In this document: piece by piece, positions 1-8,452 of the stretch
Layout: each line of letters starts with the position of its first letter
Position numbering within the stretch: the first letter of the stretch is position 1
Translations under genes and position numbers: made by a program
Assembly: GCA_964536045.1 (NCBI GenBank)
Contig: CAZHWX010000001.1
Location: 1 to 37,278 of the forward strand
Direction: 5' to 3'
Origin: an uncultured Candidatus Saccharibacteria bacterium
Lineage (GTDB): Bacteria > Patescibacteriota > Minisyncoccia > UBA6257 > GWB1-50-10
DNA length: 37,278 bases
Notes under the pieces: model-generated
What the model was told of the DNA's origin: nothing
Database searches by the model: none
The model's input: only the letters and a program-made list of their open reading frames with translations

Positions 1-44
1 GAAAGTCATTTCCGTCGGGATTAATTAGTCTATAATTAAGACAT

Positions 45-1055
45 ATGGTTTTTCGCACTACCTTCTTCTTTGGATTATTATTTTTCGCCTTGGTTCTTGG
101 TTTCTTTTTGTTACAGCCTTACGCCACTGGATTAATATTGGCAATTACTTTAGCGGTAGTTTTGCGGCCCACTTATAGACACTTATTAAAATTTATACCT
201 AATAAAATTGTTAGCGCTTTAATTATTACGGTGGTAACCATGTTGTTAATTGCGGGACCACTAGCAGCTATAATTTCTCAAATCATAGTTCAGGCGGGGG
301 AGTTTTATAATAATTTAGCGCAGGGAGCCTGGACTTCGGTGCGTTTACCACTCGGGGGTTTAGCAGAAAAGTTTCCAGCTTTAGCGCCCTTTCAAAATAC
401 TGGTTCCGCATTTGGAGAATATTTACAAAGTGGAGCGGGTTGGGTGATTGGTAATTTTGGAGATTTATTTTCGGGTTTAGCATCCTTTGGTATTAATACC
501 TTGGTTGGTTTATTTGCTTTATATTATTTATTAAAAGATGGAGCCCAGTTTAAAAAGAGTGTTTTAGGACTCAGTCCATTTAGTGAGCAAGAAACTAAAA
601 ATATATATGCCAAATTAAGTCTATCTATTAAATCAGTGTGGGCAGGAACCTTATTTATTGCTCTGATTCAGGGAGTGCTCGCAGGAATTGGTTTTTGGAT
701 TTTCGGTTTACCACAGCCAGCTTTGTGGGGGACACTCACAATTATTACTGCTTTGGTGCCAGTAGTGGGTACGGCATTGATTTGGTTACCAGCCTCTATT
801 TATCTTTTTTCTACTGGTGCGACCGGGATGGCCTTAGGGCTCTTTTTGTGGGGAGCAATTTTGGTGGGTTCTATTGATAACTTCTTACGACCTAAGTTAA
901 TAGAAAGATATATGAAGGTTCACCCGTTCTTTATTTTGGTTAGTGTGTTGGGTGGTTTGAGTGTGTTTGGCCCCCTTGGGTTTTTGTTGGGCCCCTTAGT
1001 TTTAAGTTTGATTTTAGCGTTGTTGGAAATATATCCAGAGTTTCTAAAGTCTTAA
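45..1055 (+). CDS. AI-2E family transporter (PerM/UPF0118-type permease)
   Basis: 336-aa polytopic membrane ORF with many hydrophobic segments. The C-terminal core 'TIITALVPVVGTALIWLPASIYL...GAILVGSIDNFLRPKLI' matches the conserved core I recognise from AI-2E/PerM permeases. Confidence 0.8.
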   Translation: MVFRTTFFFGLLFFALVLGFFLLQPYATGLILAITLAVVLRPTYRHLLKFIPNKIVSALIITVVTMLLIAGPLAAIISQIIVQAGEFYNNLAQGAWTSVRLPLGGLAEKFPALAPFQNTGSAFGEYLQSGAGWVIGNFGDLFSGLASFGINTLVGLFALYYLLKDGAQFKKSVLGLSPFSEQETKNIYAKLSLSIKSVWAGTLFIALIQGVLAGIGFWIFGLPQPALWGTLTIITALVPVVGTALIWLPASIYLFSTGATGMALGLFLWGAILVGSIDNFLRPKLIERYMKVHPFFILVSVLGGLSVFGPLGFLLGPLVLSLILALLEIYPEFLKS

Positions 1056-1077
1056 TTTTAAGGTATCAATTAAATAG

Positions 1078-2232
1078 ATGGCTTTTCAAATAACTTATAA
1101 AGATAAGAAAACCCGTGCTCGCACAGGAATTTTAACTGCGCCAAACGGAGCGCGGGCGGAAACCCCAGCTTATGTAATTGTGGGTACGCACGCAGAGGTA
1201 CGCTGTTTAAAACCAAAAGATTTAGTAGAAACAGGCACGCAGATAATTATTTCTAATACCTTTCACTTATGGCAGGACTTGGGAGATAAACTTTCAGAAT
1301 TTTCTGGTTTACAAAAAACTTTAGATTTTTCGGGGGTGATTTTTACCGATAGTGGAGGCTTTCAAGTTTTTAGTTTGGGTTTTGGGCGGGAACATGGCAC
1401 GGGTAAAATGGAATATCAGACACCAAAAATTTCTGGTGAAAATTTGGTGGAGATTACAGATAAGGGTGCCACTTTTCAGTGGGACGGCAAAAAACAATTT
1501 TTAAATCCGGAAAAGTCGGTAAATATTCAGGAGCAATTGGGGGCGGATGGAATTTTTGCATTTGATGAGTGTACTTCGCCGAACCACGGATTTTGGTACA
1601 ACTGGCGCGCCATGATTCGGACCCATCGTTGGGCAAAAGAATCACTTACGGCACGTAGACGTAAGGATCAGATGATGTATGGCATAGTGCAGGGTGGACC
1701 ACATAGATTATTAAGAAAGTGGAGTGCACGAGTTATTGGTAAAATGCCATTTGAATGTTTGGCGGTAGGTGGTTCTTTTTCGCGGGATGAAATGCCTAAG
1801 GTTTTGGATTGGGTTATGCCGCTCTTACCAGAAGAAAAACCAGTTCATTTATTGGGTATTGGTAAACCGGAAGATCTATTTGAGGGAGTAGAACGGGGGA
1901 TTGATACCTTTGATTGTGTTATCCCAACGCGGGAGGCGCGTCATGGTAGGATTTGGACTAGTCACGGACCGATCGATATAAAAAAATCGGGCTTTACGGA
2001 GGATTCTAATTTATTAGATTTGGATTTTGTGTGTCCGATTTTGGAGCGAGATAATATTTGTCGTAAAGATTTACATAAACTTTTTAAAGAGAAAGACCAG
2101 CGGGCTGGTTACTATGCTACCGCTCACAATGTTTTCTTTTTTAATAAATTAATGGAGAAAATTAGACTATCTATTAAGGAGGATAGATTCTCCGAATTCA
2201 AACAGGAATTTTTGGAGGGGATAAAAAAGTAA
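1078..2232 (+). CDS. tgt: tRNA-guanine transglycosylase (queuine/preQ1 tRNA-ribosyltransferase)
   Basis: Hallmark Tgt motifs are present: 'ETPAYVIVGT', 'NTFHLW', 'TDSGGFQV' (catalytic Asp), 'FAFDECT', 'LLGIGKPEDL' (nucleophile Asp) and 'DTFDCVIPTREARHG'. The C-terminal zinc motif is atypical (see findings). Confidence 0.9.
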   Translation: MAFQITYKDKKTRARTGILTAPNGARAETPAYVIVGTHAEVRCLKPKDLVETGTQIIISNTFHLWQDLGDKLSEFSGLQKTLDFSGVIFTDSGGFQVFSLGFGREHGTGKMEYQTPKISGENLVEITDKGATFQWDGKKQFLNPEKSVNIQEQLGADGIFAFDECTSPNHGFWYNWRAMIRTHRWAKESLTARRRKDQMMYGIVQGGPHRLLRKWSARVIGKMPFECLAVGGSFSRDEMPKVLDWVMPLLPEEKPVHLLGIGKPEDLFEGVERGIDTFDCVIPTREARHGRIWTSHGPIDIKKSGFTEDSNLLDLDFVCPILERDNICRKDLHKLFKEKDQRAGYYATAHNVFFFNKLMEKIRLSIKEDRFSEFKQEFLEGIKK

Positions 2233-2339
2233 TGGCCACTCCCTGCTGGGCTGGCCACTGCGCTTCGCCTTCGCTCGCTTGATGCGAAATTTTTAGGGTG
2301 GGTGCTTTTGTTTAGTTGAAGACGGGGTAGAATGGAGGA

Positions 2340-3176
2340 GTGAAGAAGTTAATTTTTATATTTGGTCTGTTATTAATAACCCAAACTGCGCAGGCGGCGC
2401 CACGATCTTATGTGTCTACTCAAACGCCGCGCCAAGGAGATACGGTGGTGGTAAAGATTTTAGATCCAAAATTAGAATTTGATACAGCCACTTTTCGGGG
2501 AGAAGAAATAAATTTTTTTAATTTAAATAATGAACGGGTAGCGTTTTTACCAATTCCCGATACTTTGAAGTTGGGAGCTTATAAATTTTCTGCTTATAAA
2601 AATGGAGAGTTGGTAATGTTGCGAACTATGTGGGTGCAGAATGGAAGATTTCCGCGACTAGTTTTTAATACTCCGCCTAGTTCGCCAGTGAAGGGGGAGA
2701 ATTTGGCCCCAGCTTTGGCGGATGAAAATAAAATTTTACGGGATTTAGTTTTGCCACGTAGTACTAGCACTCCACCAAACCCCAGATTTATTTTGCCGTT
2801 AAAAGTTAAATATATAGTCAGCGCCCCATTTGGAGAAAAACGAATTACGGAATCTGGAGAGGTGCGTCATTTGGGTACAGATTTCGCGGCGCCGAAAGGC
2901 ACAGATATTTTAGCCATTGCTTCTGGTACGGTGACCGCGGCTTATAAAGGAATTCTATATGGAAATACGGTGGTAGTGGACCATGGAGAGCGGGTATATT
3001 CTCTGTATCTTCATATGGATTCGATTGCGGTAAAGGAGGGGGATAGAGTTAATCAAGGGCAGAAGGTTGGTACTCTTGGTAACACTGGTTATTCCACCGC
3101 TGCTCACTTGCACTTATCTTTAAAAATTAATGGAATTTCGGTAGATCCTCTTAGATTTATAGAGATTTATAAGTAA
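2340..3176 (+). CDS. M23 family metallopeptidase (LytM-type, secreted)
   Basis: GTG start followed by a signal peptide 'MKKLIFIFGLLLITQTAQA'. C-terminal M23 motifs are 'HLGTDFAAPKGTDI', 'GNTVVVDHGERVYSLYLHM' and 'GNTGYSTAAHLHLSL' (HxxxD...HxH zinc site). Confidence 0.88.
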   Translation: MKKLIFIFGLLLITQTAQAAPRSYVSTQTPRQGDTVVVKILDPKLEFDTATFRGEEINFFNLNNERVAFLPIPDTLKLGAYKFSAYKNGELVMLRTMWVQNGRFPRLVFNTPPSSPVKGENLAPALADENKILRDLVLPRSTSTPPNPRFILPLKVKYIVSAPFGEKRITESGEVRHLGTDFAAPKGTDILAIASGTVTAAYKGILYGNTVVVDHGERVYSLYLHMDSIAVKEGDRVNQGQKVGTLGNTGYSTAAHLHLSLKINGISVDPLRFIEIYK

Positions 3177-3242
3177 AAAATAATGGCGGTTTTATTTGCC
3201 CGTTAGGGCGTTCGGGTGTACACTGACTCCCGAAAATAATCT

Positions 3243-4496
3243 ATGAATAGGCCTAAAATAATTCTAGGAATTGTAGCGGTAGTAACGGTGTTTTTTGCGG
3301 TGTTTGCGTATCAGCCAGCGTGGGAAAAAATAAGTTCGTTCCGACCTTGGAATTTAGGGTTAGATTTAGCGGGTGGTACGGTTTTAACCTACCAAATTGA
3401 TTTAAGTCAGGTTGGTTCTACCGATAAATCTTCGGTAGCAGAGGGTTTGCGAGACGTAATTGAAAAGCGAGTAAATTTGTTCGGAGTAGCGGAACCGAGA
3501 GTTTATTTACAGGATGCGGGTGGAGAAAAAAGATTAACCGTAGAACTCGCGGGTATTAAAGATGTAAAAAAAGCGATTGATCAAATTGGCGAAACTCCAT
3601 TTTTAGAATTTCGTACAGTTCGAGAGGAAAGTAGTACCTCGGTAGCTTTTTTACCAACTGATTTAAATGGCCGGTATGTGGTTAGTGCACAAGTGGGAAG
3701 AAATGAAAATACTTTTTCTCCAGAAATAAATTTTTCTTTAAATGATGCGGGAGCAGTTTTATTTCAAAATTTAACTCGAGAAAATGCGGGCAAAGCACTC
3801 TGTTTATTTTTAGATGGTAGTCCGATTATTCCTGACGATATAAATGATAGCTGTCCGCGGGTGCAGGGAGAGATCGCAGGGGGTAAGGCAGTAATTACTG
3901 GTCAGTTCACTTTAGATCGAGCTAAGTCGATCGTAGAGCGCTTTAATGCGGGAGCACTACCAGCTCCAATTGTGTTAGTTAATCAACAAACGGTAGACGG
4001 AGATTTTGGCGCGGATTCCTTAAATAAGGCCTTGTGGGCGGGCATAATTGGAACCTTATTTATTGTGGTATTTATGCTTGGTTATTACCGAACTTTGGGT
4101 ATATTCGCCACTTTAGCTCTCTTGGTTTATGTGGCTCTAACCTTGGGCTTGTTTAAGTTATTGCCTATAACTATGACGCTTTCGGGTATCGCCGGATTCG
4201 TGCTTTCTATTGGTATGGCGGTAGATGCTAATATTTTGGTCTTCGAACGAACTAAGGAAGAAATTAAAAAGGGTAAGTCTAAAACGGAAGCCTTAGAAGA
4301 AGGCTTTAAACGAGCTTGGACTTCTATTCGGGATTCTAATATTTCTACTATTATCACTTCTTTGGTGCTTTATTTTTCTACCTCCGGTTTCGTACAGGGT
4401 TTTGCTTTAACTTTGCTCTTAGGTGTGTTGATGAGTATGTTTACCGCAATTACGGTGACGCGAAGTATGCTCCGGGTCTTTATGAAAAATAAATAA
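3243..4496 (+). CDS. secD: protein translocase subunit SecD
   Basis: N-terminal TM segment, 'LGLDLAGGT' motif, periplasmic domain, and a C-terminal 6-TM block with 'GIAGFVLSIGMAVDANILVFERTKEE'. It is immediately followed by secF. Confidence 0.92.
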   Translation: MNRPKIILGIVAVVTVFFAVFAYQPAWEKISSFRPWNLGLDLAGGTVLTYQIDLSQVGSTDKSSVAEGLRDVIEKRVNLFGVAEPRVYLQDAGGEKRLTVELAGIKDVKKAIDQIGETPFLEFRTVREESSTSVAFLPTDLNGRYVVSAQVGRNENTFSPEINFSLNDAGAVLFQNLTRENAGKALCLFLDGSPIIPDDINDSCPRVQGEIAGGKAVITGQFTLDRAKSIVERFNAGALPAPIVLVNQQTVDGDFGADSLNKALWAGIIGTLFIVVFMLGYYRTLGIFATLALLVYVALTLGLFKLLPITMTLSGIAGFVLSIGMAVDANILVFERTKEEIKKGKSKTEALEEGFKRAWTSIRDSNISTIITSLVLYFSTSGFVQGFALTLLLGVLMSMFTAITVTRSMLRVFMKNK

Positions 4497-4506
4497 TTAA
4501 AAAAAT

Positions 4507-5397
4507 ATGAACAATTTTAATTTGTTAGATTATAAAAAATACTTTTTGGCCTTTTCTGGAAGCTTAACAATTATCGCTATAGTTTTAGTTTCTATCTTTG
4601 GTTTTAAACCTGGTATTGATTTACAGGGTGGAGCGGAGTGGGCTATAAAGTCGGAGGTTTCGGGATTTGAAATTAAAGCAGCCGAAAAATTAGCGGAAAT
4701 AATTGATGCACCGGTTACAGTTCGACACTTGGGAGATGGCACGGCAATTTTACGTTTACCTGCCACTACCGAAACTGAACACCGAGCTTATGAGGTTAAG
4801 TTAAAAGAAATTGGAGAGTTTACGGAAGTTGGTTTTACTAGTGTGGGCCCGACGATTGGAGCGGAGTTAAGAAGTAGGGCAATTACCGCTATGATTTTGG
4901 TATTGCTCGCGATTTCTTTATATATTGCCTTCTCTTTCCGTAAGGCGTCCAAGCCAGTTACTTCTTGGAAATATGGCTTGATCACTTTAGTGACTTTAGC
5001 TCACGATGTAATAATCCCAGCGGGTATGCTGGCGGTTCTTGGTAAGTTTATGGGGATAGAAATGGATACTAATTCCATCGTGGCACTACTCGTCGTAATG
5101 GGTTTTTCGGTACACGATACGATTGTGGTTTTTGATCGTATCCGAGAACACTTGGTACGAGGAGAAACTGGGGATTTAGCAGGTATTGTAAACCGAAGCG
5201 TGAGAGAGACTTTTGTGCGCTCTATCAACACTTCTTTGACTTTGGTATTGGTGTTGGTCGCCCTCTTAGTTTGGGGTCCAGAATCTATGTTTTACTTCAC
5301 TTTAACCATCTTAGTGGGTACGGTTTTTGGTACTTATTCCTCCATTTTTGTGGCCTCTCCGCTCCTTTATTTGTGGGGTAAAAACGCCTCTCGTTAG
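4507..5397 (+). CDS. secF: protein translocase subunit SecF
   Basis: 'GIDLQGG' motif, a 6-TM SecDF-type block and 'HDTIVVFDRIRE'. It is adjacent to secD. Confidence 0.92.
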   Translation: MNNFNLLDYKKYFLAFSGSLTIIAIVLVSIFGFKPGIDLQGGAEWAIKSEVSGFEIKAAEKLAEIIDAPVTVRHLGDGTAILRLPATTETEHRAYEVKLKEIGEFTEVGFTSVGPTIGAELRSRAITAMILVLLAISLYIAFSFRKASKPVTSWKYGLITLVTLAHDVIIPAGMLAVLGKFMGIEMDTNSIVALLVVMGFSVHDTIVVFDRIREHLVRGETGDLAGIVNRSVRETFVRSINTSLTLVLVLVALLVWGPESMFYFTLTILVGTVFGTYSSIFVASPLLYLWGKNASR

Positions 5398-5402
5398 CAC
5401 TA

Positions 5403-5431
5403 TTGACTCTATTTCTTGGATATGGTACAAT
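5403..5431 (+). promoter_or_regulatory. sigma-70-type promoter TTGACT-17 nt-TACAAT
   Basis: The -35 TTGACT lies at 5403-5408 and the -10 TACAAT at 5426-5431, with an exact 17-nt spacer. The -10 ends 17 nt upstream of the ATG at 5449. Confidence 0.6.
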
Positions 5432-5448
5432 CCCCAAGAAGATAAATC

Positions 5449-6465
5449 ATGACGATCGACCAATTATTAGAAAAATGGTTTGCCGAATTCAACCCGAAAC
5501 AACGCAAAGTTGTTACGGCTCGTTTTGGTTTAAAAAGTGGAGAAAAAGCTACTTTGCAAGAAATTGGAAATGAATTAGGTGTAACTCGAGAACGAGTTCG
5601 CCAAATTGGTGATTATTTACTTAAAAAACTTTCGGCCCCGATTCAAAAAGAGGCGGAAACCTTATTACGCTCCGCCGAAAGCTATTTAGCTTCTTTGGGT
5701 GGTGTAGTAAAAGATGATGAGTTTTTAGCAGAAGTAGCTGATAAGTTTTTAAATAAAGAATCAGCTAAAAATTTGGATCGCAAACTTGCCTTTATATTTT
5801 TAGCGGCGGGCATGCCACAGTATCAAAAAGAAACGGATGATTATCATGCGTTTTGGTATACCGATGAAGCTGCTAAGAGAAAGTTTTTAGATTTTAGTAA
5901 AAAAGTTCATCAGCACTTTAAATCTTCTAAAAAAGAAAAGATTTTAAGTGATAAATCTTATCGTAAGGAATTTCCAGATTTGGAATCTAAGCGTGAACTT
6001 AATATTGCCAAATTTTTTGGAGTAAATATGTTTGGAGATTTTGGTTTGTCGGAATGGCCGGAGATTAGACCAAAAACAATTCGAGATAAGGCTTACTTGG
6101 TTTTGAAAAAGAATGCCAAGCCTATGCACTTTGAAGAAATTGCTAATGCAATTGGTAAATTACACCCAGAGCGCAAGGGAGCTCACATTCAGACTGTGCA
6201 TAATGAATTAATTAAGGGTGCAGAGAAGTTTGTATTGGTAGGACGAGGCATTTATGGTTTGAGTGAGCAGGGTTATGAGCCGGGTACGGTACGAGAGGTT
6301 ATAACTAAATTATTAAAGAAGAAAGGACCGATGGGTGCCGACGAGGTGGTTCGTTTGGTTAATCAACAGCGCTTCTTAAAGCAGAACACCATTATGTTAG
6401 GTTTACAAAATAAAAATTATTTCCGTAAATTGAATGACGGTCGGTATTCGGTAAAAGAGGCTTAA
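5449..6465 (+). CDS. sigma-70 region-4-like HTH plus HARE-HTH (RNAP delta-like) DNA-binding protein
   Basis: The N-terminus 'RKVVTARFGLKSGEKATLQEIGNELGVTRERVRQI' is a textbook sigma region 4.2 HTH. Residues around 210-270, 'IRDKAYLVLKKNAKPMHFEEIANAI...IQTVHNELIKGAEKFVLVGRGIYGLSE', fit the HARE-HTH pattern of the Gram-positive RNAP delta N-domain. No sigma region 2 is present. Confidence 0.7.
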   Translation: MTIDQLLEKWFAEFNPKQRKVVTARFGLKSGEKATLQEIGNELGVTRERVRQIGDYLLKKLSAPIQKEAETLLRSAESYLASLGGVVKDDEFLAEVADKFLNKESAKNLDRKLAFIFLAAGMPQYQKETDDYHAFWYTDEAAKRKFLDFSKKVHQHFKSSKKEKILSDKSYRKEFPDLESKRELNIAKFFGVNMFGDFGLSEWPEIRPKTIRDKAYLVLKKNAKPMHFEEIANAIGKLHPERKGAHIQTVHNELIKGAEKFVLVGRGIYGLSEQGYEPGTVREVITKLLKKKGPMGADEVVRLVNQQRFLKQNTIMLGLQNKNYFRKLNDGRYSVKEA

Positions 6466-6481
6466 GCTCTGTGTAATTGGC

Positions 6482-6492
6482 TGGTATATAAT
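6482..6492 (+). promoter_or_regulatory. possible extended -10 element (TGgTATATAAT)
   Basis: TATAAT at 6487-6492 is preceded by TGG at 6482-6484. No good -35 is present. It lies 39 nt upstream of the ATG at 6531. Confidence 0.3.
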
Positions 6493-6520
6493 GAAGAGGC
6501 ACCAAGTAAGGTGTCTCTTC
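6493..6520. other. 11-bp hairpin between the HTH gene and the downstream membrane module
   Basis: GAAGAGGCACC (6493-6503), loop AAGTAA, then GGTGTCTCTTC (6510-6520), with one G.U pair. No T-tract follows, so it is not a canonical terminator. It could be a 5'-UTR structure. Confidence 0.4.
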
Positions 6521-6530
6521 GGTTAAAAAA

Positions 6531-7898
6531 ATGATTAAGGATATTGTAGGTGGATTAGCAGATTTATTTATTGAGTTTTTCCGCAAGGAAGAGTCTTGGT
6601 TTATTTTGCTTTTTATTGGAGCCTCTACGGCGGTTCCTTTTTTTGCGGTAAAAGATTTTGAATTACTACTTTGGGGATTTATTAAATTAACTGCGCCATT
6701 TTGGCTGGCGTTTCCTTTATGGTTTTTATTTTCGGAGATCATGCGTGCGGTGCGCCAAGAAGAATATAAGCGGGGTTTGAAATGGGCCTTTTTAGAATTG
6801 CGGATGCCACGCGAAGTAAGTAACAGTCCAAAGGCCATGGAGCAGATACTTTTAGCAATCTCTACTTTACGGAATGCACCTAAAAAATGGAAAGATAAAT
6901 ATAAGAAAGGAGAAGTAACTCAATGGTTTTCCTTGGAAATAGTTAGTTCGGGTGGGGAAACTAAATTTTTCTTACGAGTACCGGAAAGTCATCGAGACTT
7001 TTTGGAGGCAACTATTTTTTCTTACTATCCAGAAATAGAGGTTACTAATGCTAAAGATTATGCGCCAGATTTACCAAAGGACGCGCATGAATTGGAGGCG
7101 CGTAATCAAAATCTCTGGGGTACCGAATTTATTTTGGACAAGGCGGAGGCTTTTCCAATCAAAACATATCCAAAATTTGAAAGTAGTGGAGAAGGTCGGA
7201 TGGATCCTATTTCTTCCTTATTAGAAGTATTAGGAAAAATTAGGGTAGGGGAAACGGTTTTTATTCATACGATTATTGCGCCAGCGGGAGACGCTTTAAA
7301 AAAAGCAGGGGAAGGAGAACTTAAAAAATTAAGGGCTCCAGAAACCGCAGAAGTGGGTGGACAAAAAGTTGCGGTTCCGCATCCACCAGGTAGAGCCGAA
7401 CAGTTAGCTGCGGTGGAGCAAAATCTATCTAAGACTTCCTTCGATACTCTAATTCGAGTTGGTTATATTGGTCCTAAGGATGGATTTGCGGATGGTTATG
7501 TGCGAGGAGCGGTAATTGGAGCCTTTAATCAGTACGCTGGTTTAAATTTGAATTCTTTTAAAGCAAATGGCGGAACGGATGTTTTAAAGGGGGCTAAGGC
7601 GCCATTTAAAGTAAAGAAAATAATTTTTAGAAAGCATTGGTTTTTACATATTCTTAAAAATCGACTTCCACCCCCAGAAACTTTTTGGGGTCAGATCATA
7701 ACTTCCTATCGCTATCATCGTAATAATGCCTCTAAGAGGTTTTTAATGGGGGTAGAGGCGGTAGCTACCATTTTCCATCCACCAACCTCTGTAGTCTTAA
7801 CTGCGCCCCACTTAAAACGAGTAGAAAGTCGTAAATCTGGTTTGCCCGCCGGTTTGCAGATTTTTGGAGGAGAAAGTGATATAGAAAAATTTCAATGA
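6531..7898 (+). CDS. conserved hypothetical membrane protein (N-terminal 2-3 TM, large soluble domain)
   Basis: 455-aa ORF with uninterrupted coding. The hydrophobic N-terminus is followed by 'LELRMPREVSNSPKAMEQILLAI...WFSLEIVSSGGETKFFLRVPESHRDFLEATIFSYYPEIEV'. From memory this resembles the N-terminal module of CPR-restricted hypothetical/HerA-VirD4-like proteins, but no ATPase motifs are present here. Confidence 0.6.
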   Translation: MIKDIVGGLADLFIEFFRKEESWFILLFIGASTAVPFFAVKDFELLLWGFIKLTAPFWLAFPLWFLFSEIMRAVRQEEYKRGLKWAFLELRMPREVSNSPKAMEQILLAISTLRNAPKKWKDKYKKGEVTQWFSLEIVSSGGETKFFLRVPESHRDFLEATIFSYYPEIEVTNAKDYAPDLPKDAHELEARNQNLWGTEFILDKAEAFPIKTYPKFESSGEGRMDPISSLLEVLGKIRVGETVFIHTIIAPAGDALKKAGEGELKKLRAPETAEVGGQKVAVPHPPGRAEQLAAVEQNLSKTSFDTLIRVGYIGPKDGFADGYVRGAVIGAFNQYAGLNLNSFKANGGTDVLKGAKAPFKVKKIIFRKHWFLHILKNRLPPPETFWGQIITSYRYHRNNASKRFLMGVEAVATIFHPPTSVVLTAPHLKRVESRKSGLPAGLQIFGGESDIEKFQ

Positions 7899-8395
7899 AC
7901 TTAAATTTACCAGGTAGTTGGCAATTCGGTTTAGAAATAGCTCGTTGGGTTTTTTTGGTGTTGGATGCGGTTCTGCTTTTTGGAGCGGTTTATTTTTTGC
8001 GTAAGGGGTTAAAAATTAGACCAGAATTTACCTTAAAACATACTCCTCGGGAGCGATTTATGTTATTGAAAAACGATGCTAGCTTGCAAATGGCGTGGGA
8101 AAAAATAAAAGCTAAGGCGGAAACTAATCCACCCGCCTCGTACGTTTTAACTATTATCGAGGCAGATACTTTTGTGGATGATGTTTTAAAGCGATTAGGT
8201 TTACCAGGTAATACCATGATGGAGCGCTTAGAAAAACTTAATAGCCAAGAGTTTTCTAGATTGGAAGATTTACGTCGGGCTCACCGGATTCGTAATGCCT
8301 TAGTCCACCGTCCAGGGTTTACTGTAACTCGTGAACAGGCAGTAGAGATGATGGGAACTTATGAGGCGTTTTTGAGTGAGTTGGAGGTTGTTTAG
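7895..8395 (+). CDS. membrane-anchored HEPN/DUF4145-like protein (Rx4H motif)
   Basis: ATGA overlap with the upstream gene. One N-terminal TM segment is followed by 'RKGLK'. The C-terminal helical domain is 'IIEADTFVDDVLKRLGLPGNTMMERLEKL...LRRAHRIRNALVHRPGFTVTREQAVEMMGTYEAFLSEL' and carries RNALVH (Rx4H) at nt 8291-8308. Confidence 0.55.
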   Translation: MNLNLPGSWQFGLEIARWVFLVLDAVLLFGAVYFLRKGLKIRPEFTLKHTPRERFMLLKNDASLQMAWEKIKAKAETNPPASYVLTIIEADTFVDDVLKRLGLPGNTMMERLEKLNSQEFSRLEDLRRAHRIRNALVHRPGFTVTREQAVEMMGTYEAFLSELEVV

Positions 8396-8452
8396 TAAAA
8401 TATTTTTTAGAAATAGGTTGAGTTTTTCTATTCGTGATAAAATAAACCAGTA

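Noticed and set aside
3177-3242. Two small hairpins (GCCC-GTTA-GGGC and TTCGGG-12 nt-CCCGAA) between the M23 peptidase gene and secD, considered as a riboswitch or terminator
   Set aside because: The region is too short and simple for a known riboswitch, and no T-run follows either stem. They cannot be distinguished from chance structure without comparative data.
6392-6838. 148-aa minus-strand ORF spanning the HTH gene end and the start of the 455-aa membrane gene
   Set aside because: It lies antisense to two strong plus-strand ORFs with recognisable domains, its composition is low-complexity and Ser/Asn/Lys-rich, and no start context or family signal is present. It is typical of a shadow ORF.
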